From the NCBI GenBank assembly GCA_051294375.1, contig CM119264.1, forward strand, positions 22,841,826 through 22,905,825: 64,000 bases of DNA. Reading direction: 5' to 3'. This DNA comes from Paraspadella gotoi (taxonomy: Eukaryota; Animalia; Chaetognatha). Positions 15,507-29,650 of this stretch are shown one piece after another. The notes beneath the pieces are model-generated. The model was not told the DNA's origin. It ran no database searches and saw only the letters and a program-made list of their open reading frames with translations. The translations under genes and the position numbers were made by a program. Within the stretch, counting starts at the first letter, position 1, and every line of letters starts with the position of its first letter.

Positions 15507-17243
15507 TGAGAACTCAAATTATACTCGAAAATAGGAGAAATAAATGTTTTCTGCATTGGATGACGGGTCATATTATTAAAAAATATTACAAAATCACAAA
15601 AAATGAACGTCTTAGTAATTTTACTGAAATGGTAACACAACCCATATATATATATTGACTGATGACGTAATTTTCCCGCAAATTCATGACAATATCAAAA
15701 CGAAAAGAGATTGGGAAAGAGAGCCAAAGTTTATAATCATTTTCTATAAGCAATTAGGTTTCTCTCTCTCTTTCTCCTCTCTCCTCTCTCTCTCTCTCGT
15801 CTTCGGCTTCCTTTCTCTCTTCCCTCTTCTCCACGCGCGGGCTTCCCGCGGTGACCGGTTACGAGGGATCGGCGGGTCACGTCACGGCCGTCGCGCGTTT
15901 AAGTCCACGTGACCAAAATCGCGTCAAACCAGAAACGAACTCGTTAGTCAGCGTCCGTCGTAAAACGGGAAGGAGTAAGATGAGGAGGAAGAGCAGAATG
16001 ACAACGAGACTGAATTAATGGCAGAAATGACGCTGTTTATCGAAGTCGAAGATTCGGGAATCCCGATGCTCTTTTTTTTCTTCTTCCGTAATCGGTCGAC
16101 GCATCAGAGGCGATGATTTGAAATGAACATCGATTCCTGATTCGTCAACGAACTTAATATTAACCACAATATTAACGCACAATATTTAACCACAATATAA
16201 CCACAATTGATCTAATTTTGGTTCACTTTCTAATCTCGTTGCTCGTAGTGTCATTGTTTCAAATTAAAAAAAACATTTTATAACTTGAAAAAAAAAAGTT
16301 TTTGGATTTAAAGTTTTTCCCTAATTCAGCTTTTCATTGCTCAAACACAAACTTCATTTTCCTCATCATTACCCAAATTCCTTGTTTTCTATTTCCTTTT
16401 CTCCTTTCCTCCGTTCTCCTTTCACTTCCTCACACCTCCCTCTCTTTCCTCCTTTTATACGCCCCCCCACATCTTTTTCTCCCGACCGTGAAAGAGGGCG
16501 ATGAAGTCGATGGAGCGAAAAGGGCATGATTCTTCGTTCGAGAGAAGAAACGTTTGCATAATTGCAGTCAATTCGTCGAGCGAAACCAAACCGCAAACCA
16601 ATGCGCGAGGCATTCGAATAAATTACAAACAATCAATTGTGGGTCGTAACCCGGGAGAAGGAATTGCGTAAATCGCCAAAAATGTCCATCGATGTAATTT
16701 AAATCGCATATTTGATCATTGCGCCGAAAAAATGGAGAGCAGGAAAGCATAAATTGCCGAAACATCGCTGACCGCGAAGCCACGTCCCTCCGAGGAGAAG
16801 GGAATTGCAATAAAATGCAGTCGTTCGACGAAGGTTTTCGATTCTGGTCAAAACCGAGACAAAGGGGGGAGAGTGAGAGAGGCGGGGGGGGGACTGGAAG
16901 AATGAAGGATGGTGGCTCGTTCAATGTCGAGTTATACTCAAAGTGCGAAAGTTGGATTTAATGAAAGTTTTTGAATCGTCATTTGAGGAGTTGGAAATAG
17001 ATGAATTCGTCAGAGAAAGAAGAAGAGGTAAGTAGGGGAAGAAAAAGCGGCAGAATTATAGGGTAAAGAGAAGTTTGTCCACAATTTTAAACATTCTGAA
17101 TGTTTTTAAACTTTTTTAATTCACAGTTCTGAATCTTGCAAACATTGTTAATTAGAATCCTCAAGCAATAACCAATTATTTTAAACAACGCTGTACCTGT
17201 CGATCTGGATTTTTGGATCTTGAAAAACCAGAGCCAATTTCAT
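9594..17243. repeat. Near-identical ~2-3 kb segment present in three noisy copies (~9594-12343, ~12356-14218, ~14262-17243)
   Basis: The same text recurs, e.g. GTCAGCGTCCGT..GAGTAAGATGAGG at ~11290, ~12775 and ~15950, and GATGAAGTCGATGGAGCGAAAGGG at ~11845, ~13325 and ~16500. Copies differ by scattered 1-bp indels and lie next to N-gaps. Confidence 0.85.
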
Positions 17244-19271
17244 CTCTGACGAATGGAATGTTTCAGTAAGCGAAGATCTTCCGTTCAAGGATTTTCCCCC
17301 CGGTTTGGATTTTTCCCGGCGGGAAGCGACAAGCGATACCATCCTCGTGATAAAAATTCTCTTATATGAAATCTTTTTCGGATCTAATTATCCACAAATG
17401 TTTCTTATATTAAACATGTTTTATATATAACAAAATTAAAATAAAATTAAATAAACAAAAATTATTAAACCGCACTCTTCACTATAAAATGGTGATAAAA
17501 TTAATATTTACCTTGATTATTTATTAATTAAATATCAAATTAGCTGCGTGTATTATCCGCGTTTCAAGTTGTTTGGTTACATATCTTTTATGTTTTGAAT
17601 ATAATAAATTACAGTACGTAATACTTAACACAACGTTTCATGGTTTTAATTTTAAACCTTCACCTTTATCCTTATCCTGCCCTTCTTCCTCCTCCTCCTC
17701 CTCCTCCTCCTCCTCCTCCTCCTCCTCTACCCCCGCATTTCGTCGTCATGATCCAATCAATGACGAAAGATACGAATCAATTAATCGATCGTTTTTCAGC
17801 AAATTAACTAATTTAATCGATTGTTATCGGGTTTCATTTAGTATACATTTGGATTAACTTCGATTAAAAAAAAACAGGTTCAAAGCTATTTTTAACTCGC
17901 GCCACTTGTGACGTCAAAGAAATGTCGTCGACTGTGAAGACGACGACGACGACGACAAAAACGACGTCTGAGACGACCACTACGACGACGACAACGACGA
18001 CGGCGACAGCATTCCAAGAAAAAAAAGGAAATGCAGAAAATTCTCTCGATTTCGGCGTCAGCATTTTTGTCGGCTCCAGTCGTCGTCGTCGTCGTCNNNN
18101 NNNNNNNNNNNNNNNNNNNNNNNNNNNNNNNNNNNNNNNNNNNNNNNNNNNNNNNNNNNNNNNNNNNNNNNNNNNNNNNNNNNNNNNNNNNNNNNNNNNN
18201 NNNNNNNNNNNNNNNNNNNNNNNNNNNNNNNNNNNNNNNNNNNNNNNNNNNNNNNNNNNNNNNNNNNNNNNNNNNNNNNNNNNNNNNNNNNNNNNNNNNN
18301 NNNNNNNNNNNNNNNNNNNNNNNNNNNNNNNNNNNNNNNNNNNNNNNNNNNNNNNNNNNNNNNNNNNNNNNNNNNNNNNNNNNNNNNNNNNNNNNNNNNN
18401 NNNNNNNNNNNNNNNNNNNNNNNNNNNNNNNNNNNNNNNNNNNNNNNNNNNNNNNNNNNNNNNNNNNNNNNNNNNNNNNNNNNNNNNNNNNNNNNNNNNN
18501 NNNNNNNNNNNNNNNNNNNNNNNNNNNNNNNNNNNNNNNNNNNNNNNNNNNNNNNNNNNNNNNNNNNNNNNNNNNNNNNNNNNNNNNNNNNNNNGTTGTG
18601 TCAGTCAGCTATTTCTGCTTACATAGCAACAACGACATTATTGTCATGTATCCACGATTCGTTTGCCATTGTTAACGGACTGTTGTTGGCTCTTTTTTTC
18701 ACCTAGGAATTTTCTTTCTTTCTTTCTTTCCTCTCTCTCGATTTCTTTCTGATCAGTATGTCATCAATCATATTAATGTTTTCCTCGATATAAATTTTTT
18801 CGTTGACTTTCATTCTGGCAAAAAAAAACAGAGCACGTTAGAATCAAATCATAGGCAGCCTAACGCATAACGATTTAAAATTTTCATGGAAAAAAGTACC
18901 AAAGGAAGGCAACAAACAACTAACAGAAAATAAATAATAACAATAATAATAATAAATAAATTTTAAAAAAAAAACCGTGGTAAAGTTAACAAAGTTGATA
19001 GAATATGGCAAAAGAACGTAAAAGATGTGATCAGTTTCCATAAAAACGCCTCTGATTGTAATCAAAGTCCAGGATTCCGCTTTTTTAACAACGAACGGGC
19101 TGTATATATAAAACTTCCTGGTGGCTTGTAACTTTCTAACTAAGTAAAAAATCGCCAAATAAAAAAGTCTTAAATGAAAATCAAAAATGGAACCTACTCC
19201 AATTAGATTATATTTATACATTTTACATATCCTTTGTGATACTATCTCTGCCATTAAAAAATCGCGCGCAA

Positions 19272-20237
19272 GCCGGCCGCCGGAACACCACGCCCCGATC
19301 TCCGTTGACGCTCCTCGAGGCGGCGCCACCAGTCGGCGTTGAATCCGATGCCGACGCCATCTGGTTTCCGGCAGAATTCTGTCCGGCGTCGACCTTCGTG
19401 AGAGGATTCGAGGTTTGGGTGGACAACGGGCGATTAGACGAAGAGGTGGGAAAAATCTTGTTTCGTATTGAAAGTAAATCTTTATCATTAATTCACTACT
19501 CTTACGTGAATTATTTTTAAATAAATCATTTTGTATTTATACTATCTATTTTTCATCTTCATTTTGATTCTAAATTCTTTAATGTATCTAAAATTAATTA
19601 TTTTCATGGTTTCTTTGTTTATTTACTTGTACAAATAAATTCACCTAAGATCAAAGTAGTTACGAACCATCTTCTTGAATTTAACATTATAATTTTTCAC
19701 CCCCACCAAAAAAACAAACAAAAGGGCATCACCAAGATTCGCATGGAGTGCGAAGGTGTGGGCAAGCCTCTACCTCTCTCCTCGGCCGCGCCCCCTTGCG
19801 CCACGCGATTCGTCGTCGATCGGAGGCGTCACGCGATGGCCCCGTCACGTCGTCGCTTCGTCGCGTCCGCCGGACGCGAGTCTCGACTCCGCTCCGCCTT
19901 CAAATCTTGTCCGAGCCCCCAACAGTTCGTCCACGGGTTTCGCGCAGCCTTCGAGGGTCCCAGCGTCGGGGCCTTCGAGCTGGACTTGGTCTGTGACGTG
20001 CCCTCGTGCCCGAAACGAGGCTGGGTCACCGAACTCGTCGACAAAGGGCTGTCGCGCTCCAGCTGCGGTGAAGAAGATTGCGAACGGAGGACCCCGTGGC
20101 TGCGGTGCCCTCGTGGCTCGGCGGTCTGCGGGCTGCAGGCGCGGGTGGAACCGCCCGTCGGGTTTTTGTACGACGATTCGGGAGTCAATGAGATTCGGAT
20201 GTTTTGTTGCGAATTTCCCGGATATCGGAGTATTTGA
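19272..20237 (+). CDS. Vitelline membrane outer layer protein 1 (VMO1)-like beta-prism protein, last two exons (~19272-19445 and 19725-20237); 5' exon(s) not identified
   Basis: A phase-0 GT-AG intron (19446-19724) joins WFPAEFCPASTFVRGFEVWVDNGRLDEE to GITKIRMEC. The C-terminus WLRCPRGSAVCGLQARVEPPVGFLYDDSGVNEIRMFCC matches the VMO1 repeat pattern W..CP...CG...VE....DD..(L/V)N.IR.FCC. Confidence 0.8.
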
Positions 20238-21669
20238 AGAGAAATGTGATCAGAGATCACCGATCACCTCGAGAGCAATGAAATTCAGCTGTGAATTAAC
20301 CGACACAAATAGAATAAGTGGACCATGTGGACACGCCAGGCTCAGTCAGTAAATCCGTCACAAAATAATGACAAAAAGATGATAAGAGACAAAATGAATA
20401 AACATTACGAACATCTTGGATGACAGATTGTTAGAAGAGCAGGAAAACAGTCGAGAAACGATGAAGCGCCATGAATTATTAGGGCAACAATTATTAGTGA
20501 ACATTGTGAACATCATTCACTGAACAAAAAGGAAACGATTACGATTCGAATTCACAAGAATTATGAGAGATCCGATTGCAAGGGTAACGGAAATGAAACC
20601 CTGCATCGTCAAATAAAACGGAGAAGAAAGTTATGATGACTTTTGGCTTCTTGGTGATTTGATGATTTTGGTGATTGGATCCGACTTTTTTCTTTCTTAA
20701 TTTTAACGATTTCAACATAAGCGTCTCATAGTTGACATTAGGTATCTGTCTACAGATCTGTGATCTTAAAAAGCTGGTTAATTTGATAATTATTAGTTAT
20801 TTTCTTCATTAATTAAAGCGGTATTTTTCAACTGTAGTAGTACAACATTTTTGGAAAAGAAAAACATCCTTATACTTTCTTTTTTGATGAAAAATCTTCA
20901 ATTTTTTTTAAGTAAAAAAAAAATCCTTTGTTTCTGCGCCGTGAATCTGACATCTCACAGGAATCGGTGAAGAGGCGGCGCAGTGAACCTGGTTTGGCAT
21001 TTACTCTCACGAAATTCACAGGAGAAGAAAAAAAGTCATCTTAGTTTTTTTTGGTTCAAACAGAAGCATTTTTTTAGTCAACAGCTTTAACGATTGACTC
21101 CAACGTAAGGAAAGTTTTTGATTCAGCACTCAGCAGTAACTAGTTTTTCGTGTTAAGAATTTTAATTTTGTTGTAAATTTTTGTTATAAATATATAGATT
21201 TTGATAAAAAACTTCTTTTTTTATTTAATTTATAAATATAATATATTATTATTATTCTTTTTATAAAAAGCGCTCTCATGTACTAAAATTAATGTATGTA
21301 TCGAATAACTTCACATAGTTTTGCATATTGGAAGTTCTTTTTATTTTCTATTGTCATCCGGAGAGTGTGAAATGTACTGTGAGCTTTGAATTTTTAATGG
21401 TTTGCTGTTAACTAAAATTTCAGAAACTTTCACGGTTTGATCCGATTTTTTTAAACAAAAGTAGAATTAATTACAATAGCATCCCATAAAAGATGTAATA
21501 AATTATAAAGGTAGAATAAATTACAGTAATACCCTATAAAAAAGTATCAACATTTTTAAATCTTTATTCATGTGCATTCCATGTCTCCAATCTCAATATC
21601 TCTTCGGGTATGTCTGTCAGTTGGTTTCCCTTCCCTTGCCTCAGACAAATAGCTCTATTGCGGTTAAAT

Positions 21670-21720
<51 letters not shown>

Positions 21721-23126
21721 GTCGTTTCTGTCCCTTTAGAGGCGAAAAATTAGCAGCGCGTGAAATACTCGGGGGTTTTAATGGAATCGCCTGCCGTTCG
21801 CGTGCACAACGACAAAGGGAGGAGAGAGGGAGAGAAGGAGGAGAGAGGGAGAGAAGGAGGAGAGAGGAGAAAAGAGGGAGAGAGGAAGGGCAGAAGGACT
21901 GAGTGAGACTCAAGAGAAGAAGAGTGGAAGGGTAGAGGAGAGAGAGAGAAGAGAGGAAGAAGAGAAGAAAAATTAAAGAGAGGGAGCGAAGAGAAATAAG
22001 AGAGAGGAAAGGGAGAGGGAAGGGGAGATGAGGGCGAGCCACACTATAGAAGCTTAAGGAGAAAGATGAACAAGAATTAAACCGAGAATTAACGATATGG
22101 AGAGAGAAAAAATAGAGCAAAATCAAATCAAATTCAACGTTTTAAATGCAAGTTTTAAAAATATCATTTTTAAAATATTTGATAACTTTAAATGTAAACA
22201 TGGAAGAAATTCCAGTCGCGAGAAAACTCAATATATCGGGAAAAATCGTCTTTGACTGCCTCCCTTTCTCCTCCCACACTTCCCTCCCTCTTCCTCCTCC
22301 TCCTCATTCTCCTCCTCCTCTTCCTCCTCCTCTCGTCTCAATGGCGCCAACTTCTTTGGGTCTCAGTGAGAAACCGACAGAGAGTCTCTCTTCTCTGACC
22401 TCCGGAGGAGGAGGGCAATCTCGACGACGACGACGACGACGACGATAATCTAGACCACAACGACGACGACGATGACGTCGAAAAAGACCACAAATCCCCG
22501 ATCATCACGATTACAAGATCCACGAAAACCTTTTTGAGTCGAATCGATTAATGAGATCAACACGGTTAACAAGGTTAATCGAGTTAACAAGGTTAATAAG
22601 ATTTCGATGACGCGTCGTTTTGCCTTGAGTAACTTCAAGATCGTCACGGTCTAAAAGTGAAAGCTAAGTCAATCACTGTCACTAAAATTATTTTCGAACG
22701 TGTCATGACATCGTCTCTTGTCATTGTTGCGACTGTGAAATTATCGAGTAATATTTATATTTAATTCATTAGCAGTGAGGCTTTCATATCTTATATATAC
22801 TTTTTTCATCCTTTAACTCTTACTCTGTTATTTTCCTGTCGATTCTTCCTCTTTCCATCCCTTTCTTCCTACATCTCATTCCCTTTCACCGCCTCTCCAT
22901 GTTTCACTTTTTTTCTCCTTCTCCCTCTCCTCTTCCCCTCCTCCTCCTCCACCTCCTCTTCTCTCTCCCCCCTCTCTCTCCCCCCTCTCTTTCCGAGCGA
23001 ATCTACTTCGAGTTAACTTCTTTTGTCTCTCAGATTCTGTTTGCTCTCTCCCCCAGCGGCCAAGGAGACAAAGAAAAGAGTAAAATATGTTTTTGTAAGC
23101 AGAAAAAGCTGCAAATATGAATTTCT

Positions 23127-23187
<61 letters not shown>

Positions 23188-24014
23188 CCTGAGAAAAGGG
23201 GATGGAATCTCTCTTTCGGTCTTTATTTGCACAGTGGATTCACTCTCCCCCTAGGAGCGCCCCCGTCACTCCCCCCCTTGGAGCGCCCCCGTCAACCTCC
23301 CCCGGGGAGCGCCCCCCATTTCTTCCCCCCTTTGGAACCCGAAAAATGGGGGGAAAATAGAATAACTTTAAAAGAAAAAAAGAAAAACACGAAAAATGTT
23401 TATTGCCATTCGAAATTCGCTTTGAATGAATTGTAAAGACTTTTAAAGCCCAAAAAAGGAGTAAAATGAAAACAAAGGTTAGGAAACTAAAGATATTGGT
23501 GCAAAAAAACCAAAATCAAATAAGAAATTTTTATATCAACGAATAATAGAATTCGACTGTGATTTCTGAAAAAAATTTTGTGGAAAGAATATAAAAATTT
23601 ATGTTTTGCAAAGAAGTTAAGTTTTTTCTCTTTTATTTTTAACCGTGAATTTATGACAAAAAACCCAAATAATATTTGACTTTTGTTGATCAATTCGATT
23701 TCGCGAAACTATGATAGAGGGCAAGCTAGAGCAAAGTTCTTCAACAAAAGACAACTCCTTCGGTACACACTCCTTCCTTTCATACACAATATTTTCATTT
23801 ACAACGTCATCGTTGTATATTGTTGAATGAAAAATTGCAAGATTGTTGTATGTTATTGTTTCAATCAATCGGTAAATAAATTTTCTTCCTAAAACCTCCT
23901 TTTTTTCAAAAAAAGTTTGGTAAAACAGTTGATTCGTTTTTTTTTTAATTAAAAAAAGTGAAAAATAAATGAAAAATATTATTCTCGGTTTCTCCGTTTC
24001 TCTCTCTCTGTCTC

Positions 24015-24051
<37 letters not shown>

Positions 24052-24696
24052 TTATCTTTATTTGCCCTCTCTTTCTCCCTTTCTCTTTACTTCTTAATGT
24101 ACCGGTTTGAATGACTGTATTTGCTTTTTTCACTTCAGGTATATTCGAATAACAAATAACATCTGCTTGCTATTAGTTTCCTTTCGCGATCTATTTCGAG
24201 TTCTATTATACTAGTCGCACCAAAATCTCTCGATAACTCTTCAGCGTTTAGAGCAACCTCAGTTTCACATCTTTTAGTTTATTTAATTATTTATGATTGT
24301 TTTATTGATTAGTTTAGGTATTCATTTATTACTTCATCTCTTTCTTTCTTTCTTTCTTTCTTTTTTTCTTTCTTCCCCTTTTCCCTATATTCTGTCTATT
24401 TTTCATGCTTTTTGTCCTTTTTCTTTCTTTTTCCATAATTGGTTTTCCCCCTGAGGCGTTTCAGCTGCTTCAAACAAACAAAACATTGTCGTCATCTTCA
24501 TCATCATCATCGATGTCGTCGTCGTCGTTGTCTTCGTCGTTCTTATAGTATACTTTCCGACTTTCGTTACCGAGGAAAAGAGAGGAAGTTTATTTGTTAG
24601 CTTTTTATGTTTTAAAACTGACACTGGATAAAAAATGTTACAAAATAAGTAGAGGGAAAAGAAAAAAAATTGGGCAAAAAAAAAGAGAAGAAAGTG

Positions 24697-25225
24697 AAAA
24701 ATTAGACAAGAAAGGAAAGAGAAAAAAGAGAAGAAAGTAAGGAATATTAGACAAAAAAGGAAAGGGAAAAAAGAGAGGAAAGTAAGGAAAATTAAACAAG
24801 AAAGGAAAGAGAAAAAAAAGAGAAAAGTAAGAAAATCAGTCAAGAAAGGAAAGAGAAAAAAGAGAAGAAAGTAAGGAATATTAGACAAAAAAGGAAAGAG
24901 AAAAAAGAAAGGAAAGTAAGGAAAATTAGACAAAAAAGGAAAAAGAAAAAAAAGAGGAAAGTAAGGAAAATTAAACAAGAAAAGAAAGAGAAAAAGAGAA
25001 GAAAGTAAGGAAAATTAGACAAGAAAGGAAAGAGAAAAAAGAGAGGAAAGTAAGGAAAATTAGACAAGAAAGGAAAGAGAAAAAAGAGAGGAAAGTAAGA
25101 AAATTAGACAAGAAAGGAAAGAGAAAAAAGAGAGGAAAGTAAGAAAATTAGACAAGAAAGGAAAGAGAAAAAAGAGAGGAAAGTAAGGAAAATTAAACAA
25201 GAAAGAAATCTAAAAAAAGAGAAGC
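24697..25225. repeat. Purine-rich minisatellite, ~45-46 bp unit, about 11-12 copies
   Basis: Unit approximately AAAATTAGACAAGAAAGGAAAGAGAAAAAAGAGAGGAAAGTAAGG in tandem. Confidence 0.9.
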
Positions 25226-25488
25226 AAGTCCAAAAAAAACAAGTAAAGTTGTTGGAGTCGCTGACCCAAGAATTTTTCGGAAGGAAAAACTGAACGGACT
25301 TTCATCTTTTCCATCATCGTAAAACAGAAGATGAGATACGGAGAAAAAAAAACTTTTTTTAAAGAAAATCGCAAAGTAAAAAAACTGCAGAAAACTGAGT
25401 TTTTTTTTGTGGGGAATAAAAAAATAACAAAACGGGCATTTTAGGTCCGGATTAATTACGGATCCTATTTATGGAAAGGGAGGGGAGA

Positions 25489-25537
<49 letters not shown>

Positions 25538-27010
25538 TTTCACAGATGGACAGACTGATCGAAACAACCAAAAAAAGCTAAAAAAAAATCCAATAAACAA
25601 AGAAAAACTTATATATAAAGTTATCGAGCGAACCGATTCCTCTCTTTAACCTTCCTTCGTCTCTTCTCTCCTCTTCCCTCCCTCTCTCCCCTCGTCTCCC
25701 CTTTTTGACCCTCCCTTGCCTTCCTCTTTCCTCCCTCTCCCTTCCTCTTTCCTCCCTCTCTCTCACTCTCCCTTATCTTCTTTCCTCCCTCTCTCCCTCT
25801 ACCTCTTTCCTCCCTCTCGTCTCCTCTCCTTCCTCTTCCTCTCCTCTCTCCTTCCTCTTTCCTCCCTCTCTTCCTCTCCTCTCTTTCCTCCTCTTCCCTT
25901 CCTCTTTCCTCCCTCTCCCTTCCCTTTCCCTTCTCTCCCTTCCTCTCCTCCTCTCTCCCTCTCCTTCCTCTCTTTCCTCCCTCCTCTTCCTTCCTCTTTT
26001 CCTCCTCTTCTCCCTCTCTCCCCCTCTCCCTTCCTCTTTCCTCCTCTCCTTCCTCTTTCCTCCTTCTCCGAGATTTTATTGCGAAAATAAAAGAGAGGAA
26101 GAAGAGAGGCGATAGTCGGATAAGACTTGAAAAAAAAAAGAAAAGAAAAAAAAGAGAGAGAAAAAAAAAAGAAGAAAAAAATCCCGATCTATTATCGGAA
26201 GGACCGGGCGGACCAGGCCGCCAAGGCGCGGCGGCGCATGCCCATGCCGACCATGCCGCATGCCGCTTCGGCGCTTGAGACAGATTTCGACAACAAGACA
26301 ACAAGAGTTAAAGCAAGAAGTTAAAGCATCTTTTTTTTTTCCTTGGGAGGGCGGGGAGGAGGAGGAGGAGGAGAAGGAAGAGGAGGAAGGTAGGAGGCGA
26401 GGAGGCGAGCCCGGTTTAAAGACTTTATCTCGCCGCAGCATCGATGGTGGAAAGCACAAAGAGATTAAACGACTTTGGGGAAGAGACTCTCCGGTTTCCG
26501 GCGGAGGAGGCGCGGATTCCGGAAAAGGAGGTTTCCCGGCAAAAGGGGACGTATATTCCGTAATAGGCTGATTCCGTTTCCGGAGTGGGTTCTCGAGAAA
26601 AAAAAATCTACTCTTTTTCCTTCATAGGAGGAGAAAATCGGAAATGAGGTGAGAAAGTCTCATTTTCTGAAAAAAATGATTTTAAATCATTTTTTTAATC
26701 GATCCATTGACTTTATTCCACGCAGTAGATTTACGTAATTTACTAAAACATAATAAAACATTGAACGCTCTCATTACTCTGAAATCATGGACTGAAAAGC
26801 GACGTCGTTTACTTAGCGATCGCCGATAAGAATCGACGACAACGACGACGACGACGACAACGACGACGACGACAGGGAATTGATGGTCTTAGCTTTTCTT
26901 CTTCAGACTGACCCCCCCCATGGGTGTTCCCTGCCAACCCAACTGACCATTTGACCATTTGACAGCCTACCAGTTGGCACTCCTCCCATCGCATTCTTCC
27001 ATGTCCAATT

Positions 27011-27090
27011 TTGTATTGTATTGTATTTATTCATACAGCGGGGTCCGAGGACCATGGGCAATTGTCCAATGTCCATGGCTGCATCTTTTG
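27011..27090 (-). mobile_element. 3' tail remnant of a non-LTR retroelement (LINE/SINE)
   Basis: On the minus strand, a stem-loop CCATGGACATTGGACAATTGCCCATGG is followed by AATAAA and a (TACAA)n tail. Confidence 0.45.
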
Positions 27091-27575
27091 TTTACTTTTT
27101 AGATATTATACTTTATACCATAGTGAATCCTTATTTAAATACTATTTCTAATAATCAAACATACATTCCTAATTCATTAAAAAACGTTAAATCTTCTATA
27201 TTTCTAAAATCTCTTATATTCTATAAGCTATATACATAAAACTAAATTAAGTACAAACTGCTGCTTAATTATTCCATCCGTAATCCAAAATTTTGGATGC
27301 TTATTCCATGTCTATTGTCTAATCCAAAATCCGTAATCCAAAATTTTGGATGCTTATTCCATGTCTATTGTCTAATCCAAAATCTTCAATGTCTCCCATT
27401 CCCCGTCAACCATCAAATTTCCTTTTATTTTCACAAGCGAATTTTTTCCCAGTTTTCCGATACGAGAAATGCAAAAAGGAAAACGTTCCTCGACTCGTAA
27501 ACTTAATAAGGTTTTGGTCTCTTTCCCTCCTTCTCCCTCTCTGATTTTTTTCTACTTTCTTTTTTCTATTTCTTT

Positions 27576-27688
<113 letters not shown>

Positions 27689-29609
27689 CCTATTATCCTC
27701 TCCTCTCGTTTACCGTAATCTCTCTTTGTCATTTGCCTAAATCGACTGAACCCGTCGGCTCTGGTCCCGTTCTCACTGTAAACCGGAATTACCAGTTGTC
27801 AAATGTGTCGCGCGAATTATTTAATCTTACTAAACATTGATTTTAAATTCCGGAAAAATTGCAAATGCAATAAAAGTTATCACCATATATTAGGAATATT
27901 ATGAGTAATACATACACAGTTTTAGGGATATAAGCACGAAAGAGTAGCAATGAATGCTCTTGTATCTATGTTACATCGCCTTATCTCTTTTGTGGGCCAA
28001 GGATTAATTCCGGATTCAACCTCCGACGTCGCTGCTGCCGGCGAAAAAAAAAGGGCAATCGGGGACAACGAAGATCCGAAACCAAAAATGGATACGAAAA
28101 TCGACGGTCGGAGTTTTTGAATTTGGTCATAGGAAGTTAATGATATTAAAGAGTATTATTTAATTATTAAAGGAGCTGGAAAATAACTTTCTTTAGTCAT
28201 GTATCTCAAAATTCACAGACGATATTAATTTTTATTTCAATAGTTACGAATGTTGACAGAAGATTAAATTTTGGTGAATAAAGTTTCAAAAAAGTATGAG
28301 AAAATGTATTGACTTACCAATACTTGGCGGGGTGATGAAATTTTTGGTAAATCCAGTATATTCGTAAAAAATACGATGAAGTCAAAACAAAAAAAAAGAA
28401 GAAAAATTGTAGGCTGAAAACAAAAAAAGGAAAAGAAAAAAAACTAAATCAATAACGAAATTGAGACCAAGAAGTGAATGCAGACTTGTATTACAACGAC
28501 GACGACGACGACGACGACATCACGACGACGATTCCCGATGATTTTCCTCGCTGATTTTCCTCGAAATGTCAGAGATCAAAAGTTGAGGTGAGATGCCGGA
28601 CGACGACCTTGGATACTCCGTTTGTACGGACACTAAGTTCCGATTAATTACTTAAAACCGTACAGTACAGTACATTGAACAATGACAAACTTTTACCGTA
28701 CAGCAGCTTTAATATTCATGAGCCACTTAATAATTGAACGTCATAAATCTGAATTGCAGCCAAAGTGATAGTGAACTCTTGAGGCAGAAGTATCGGTTGG
28801 TTAATTGTTATTCCCTTTCAGTTTACAACTGTTTTTACTTAATAATGTCGTCGTCAAATAATTTTGGAAAACCTCAAATATCGTTAAAATATCAAATTCC
28901 ATACAATGCTGTTTTTCTACGAAAAATTACATTTGCTTTCGGCAAAACAGTAAACAATCTAAATTTAAAAATTGTTCTGCCTGTAGAGAAGCTTGTATAC
29001 AATTCATGATTACCCCTTTCTCTGCAAACAGGGGCGCCCCCCGACTAGAAACCAACTGCCCCGACGGCACAGTACGCGCCTCCCAAGGATTCTAAAACAC
29101 AACCCCGCCTGTAGCCCCCGAGGCACAGCGGGTCCAGATTTCAGAAAAATCGGCCGCGCAGGTTTTGTCCCCGTCGAACCTGACCCCGGGACCCCCGGAA
29201 CGACCCCCGCCCCCTTTTCTCTTTTCGCAGCCCCCGCGGCACGGACCCAAACATCGCGAGGGGTGGCAATAACTTGGCCCGGGGCGCCGAAGCCTAATCA
29301 CTGGGATTTCCGAGGGAAAAGAAGAAAATAAAAGGGAGAAAATTCAGGGACGAATTGAAATGAATACGTGGGGTGAAAAGTTGCTGAAAGGGGGAAGGGA
29401 GATGATGTGGGCTTAATTGGGGAATAAAGTTAAAGATGAAATAATTAAATACTTATTTTCACTATTTTCACCAAATGACCAAAAACCCAAGGGGCAACCC
29501 ATTGGGTTTTTGGTCATTTGGTCAATTTGACTTTTGACTTACACACACACTCTCTCTCTCTCTCTTATTGGTTAACCTTTCTTTTATTTTTCTTGTTTTG
29601 TCTCTTTCA

Positions 29610-29650
29610 GTCACTGATGATGACTTAGAAATTAAGTCGAAATATATGGC
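29610..29650 (+). ncRNA. Minimal type-I hammerhead ribozyme motif (Penelope-like element remnant)
   Basis: GTCA-CTGATGA-T-GACTTA-gaaat-TAAGTC-GAAA-TATA-TGGC: CUGAUGA/GAAA core, 6-bp stem II, stem I GTCA/TGGC and a shortened palindromic stem III. Confidence 0.6.

Noticed and set aside
9594-17243. Tandem triplication as a real gene array
   Set aside because: Copies differ mainly by random 1-bp indels and abut N-gaps, typical of unpolished long-read gap filling. No consistent ORF could be built, although exon-like GC-rich blocks exist.
24697-25225. CRISPR-like array
   Set aside because: No unique spacers; it is a eukaryotic minisatellite.
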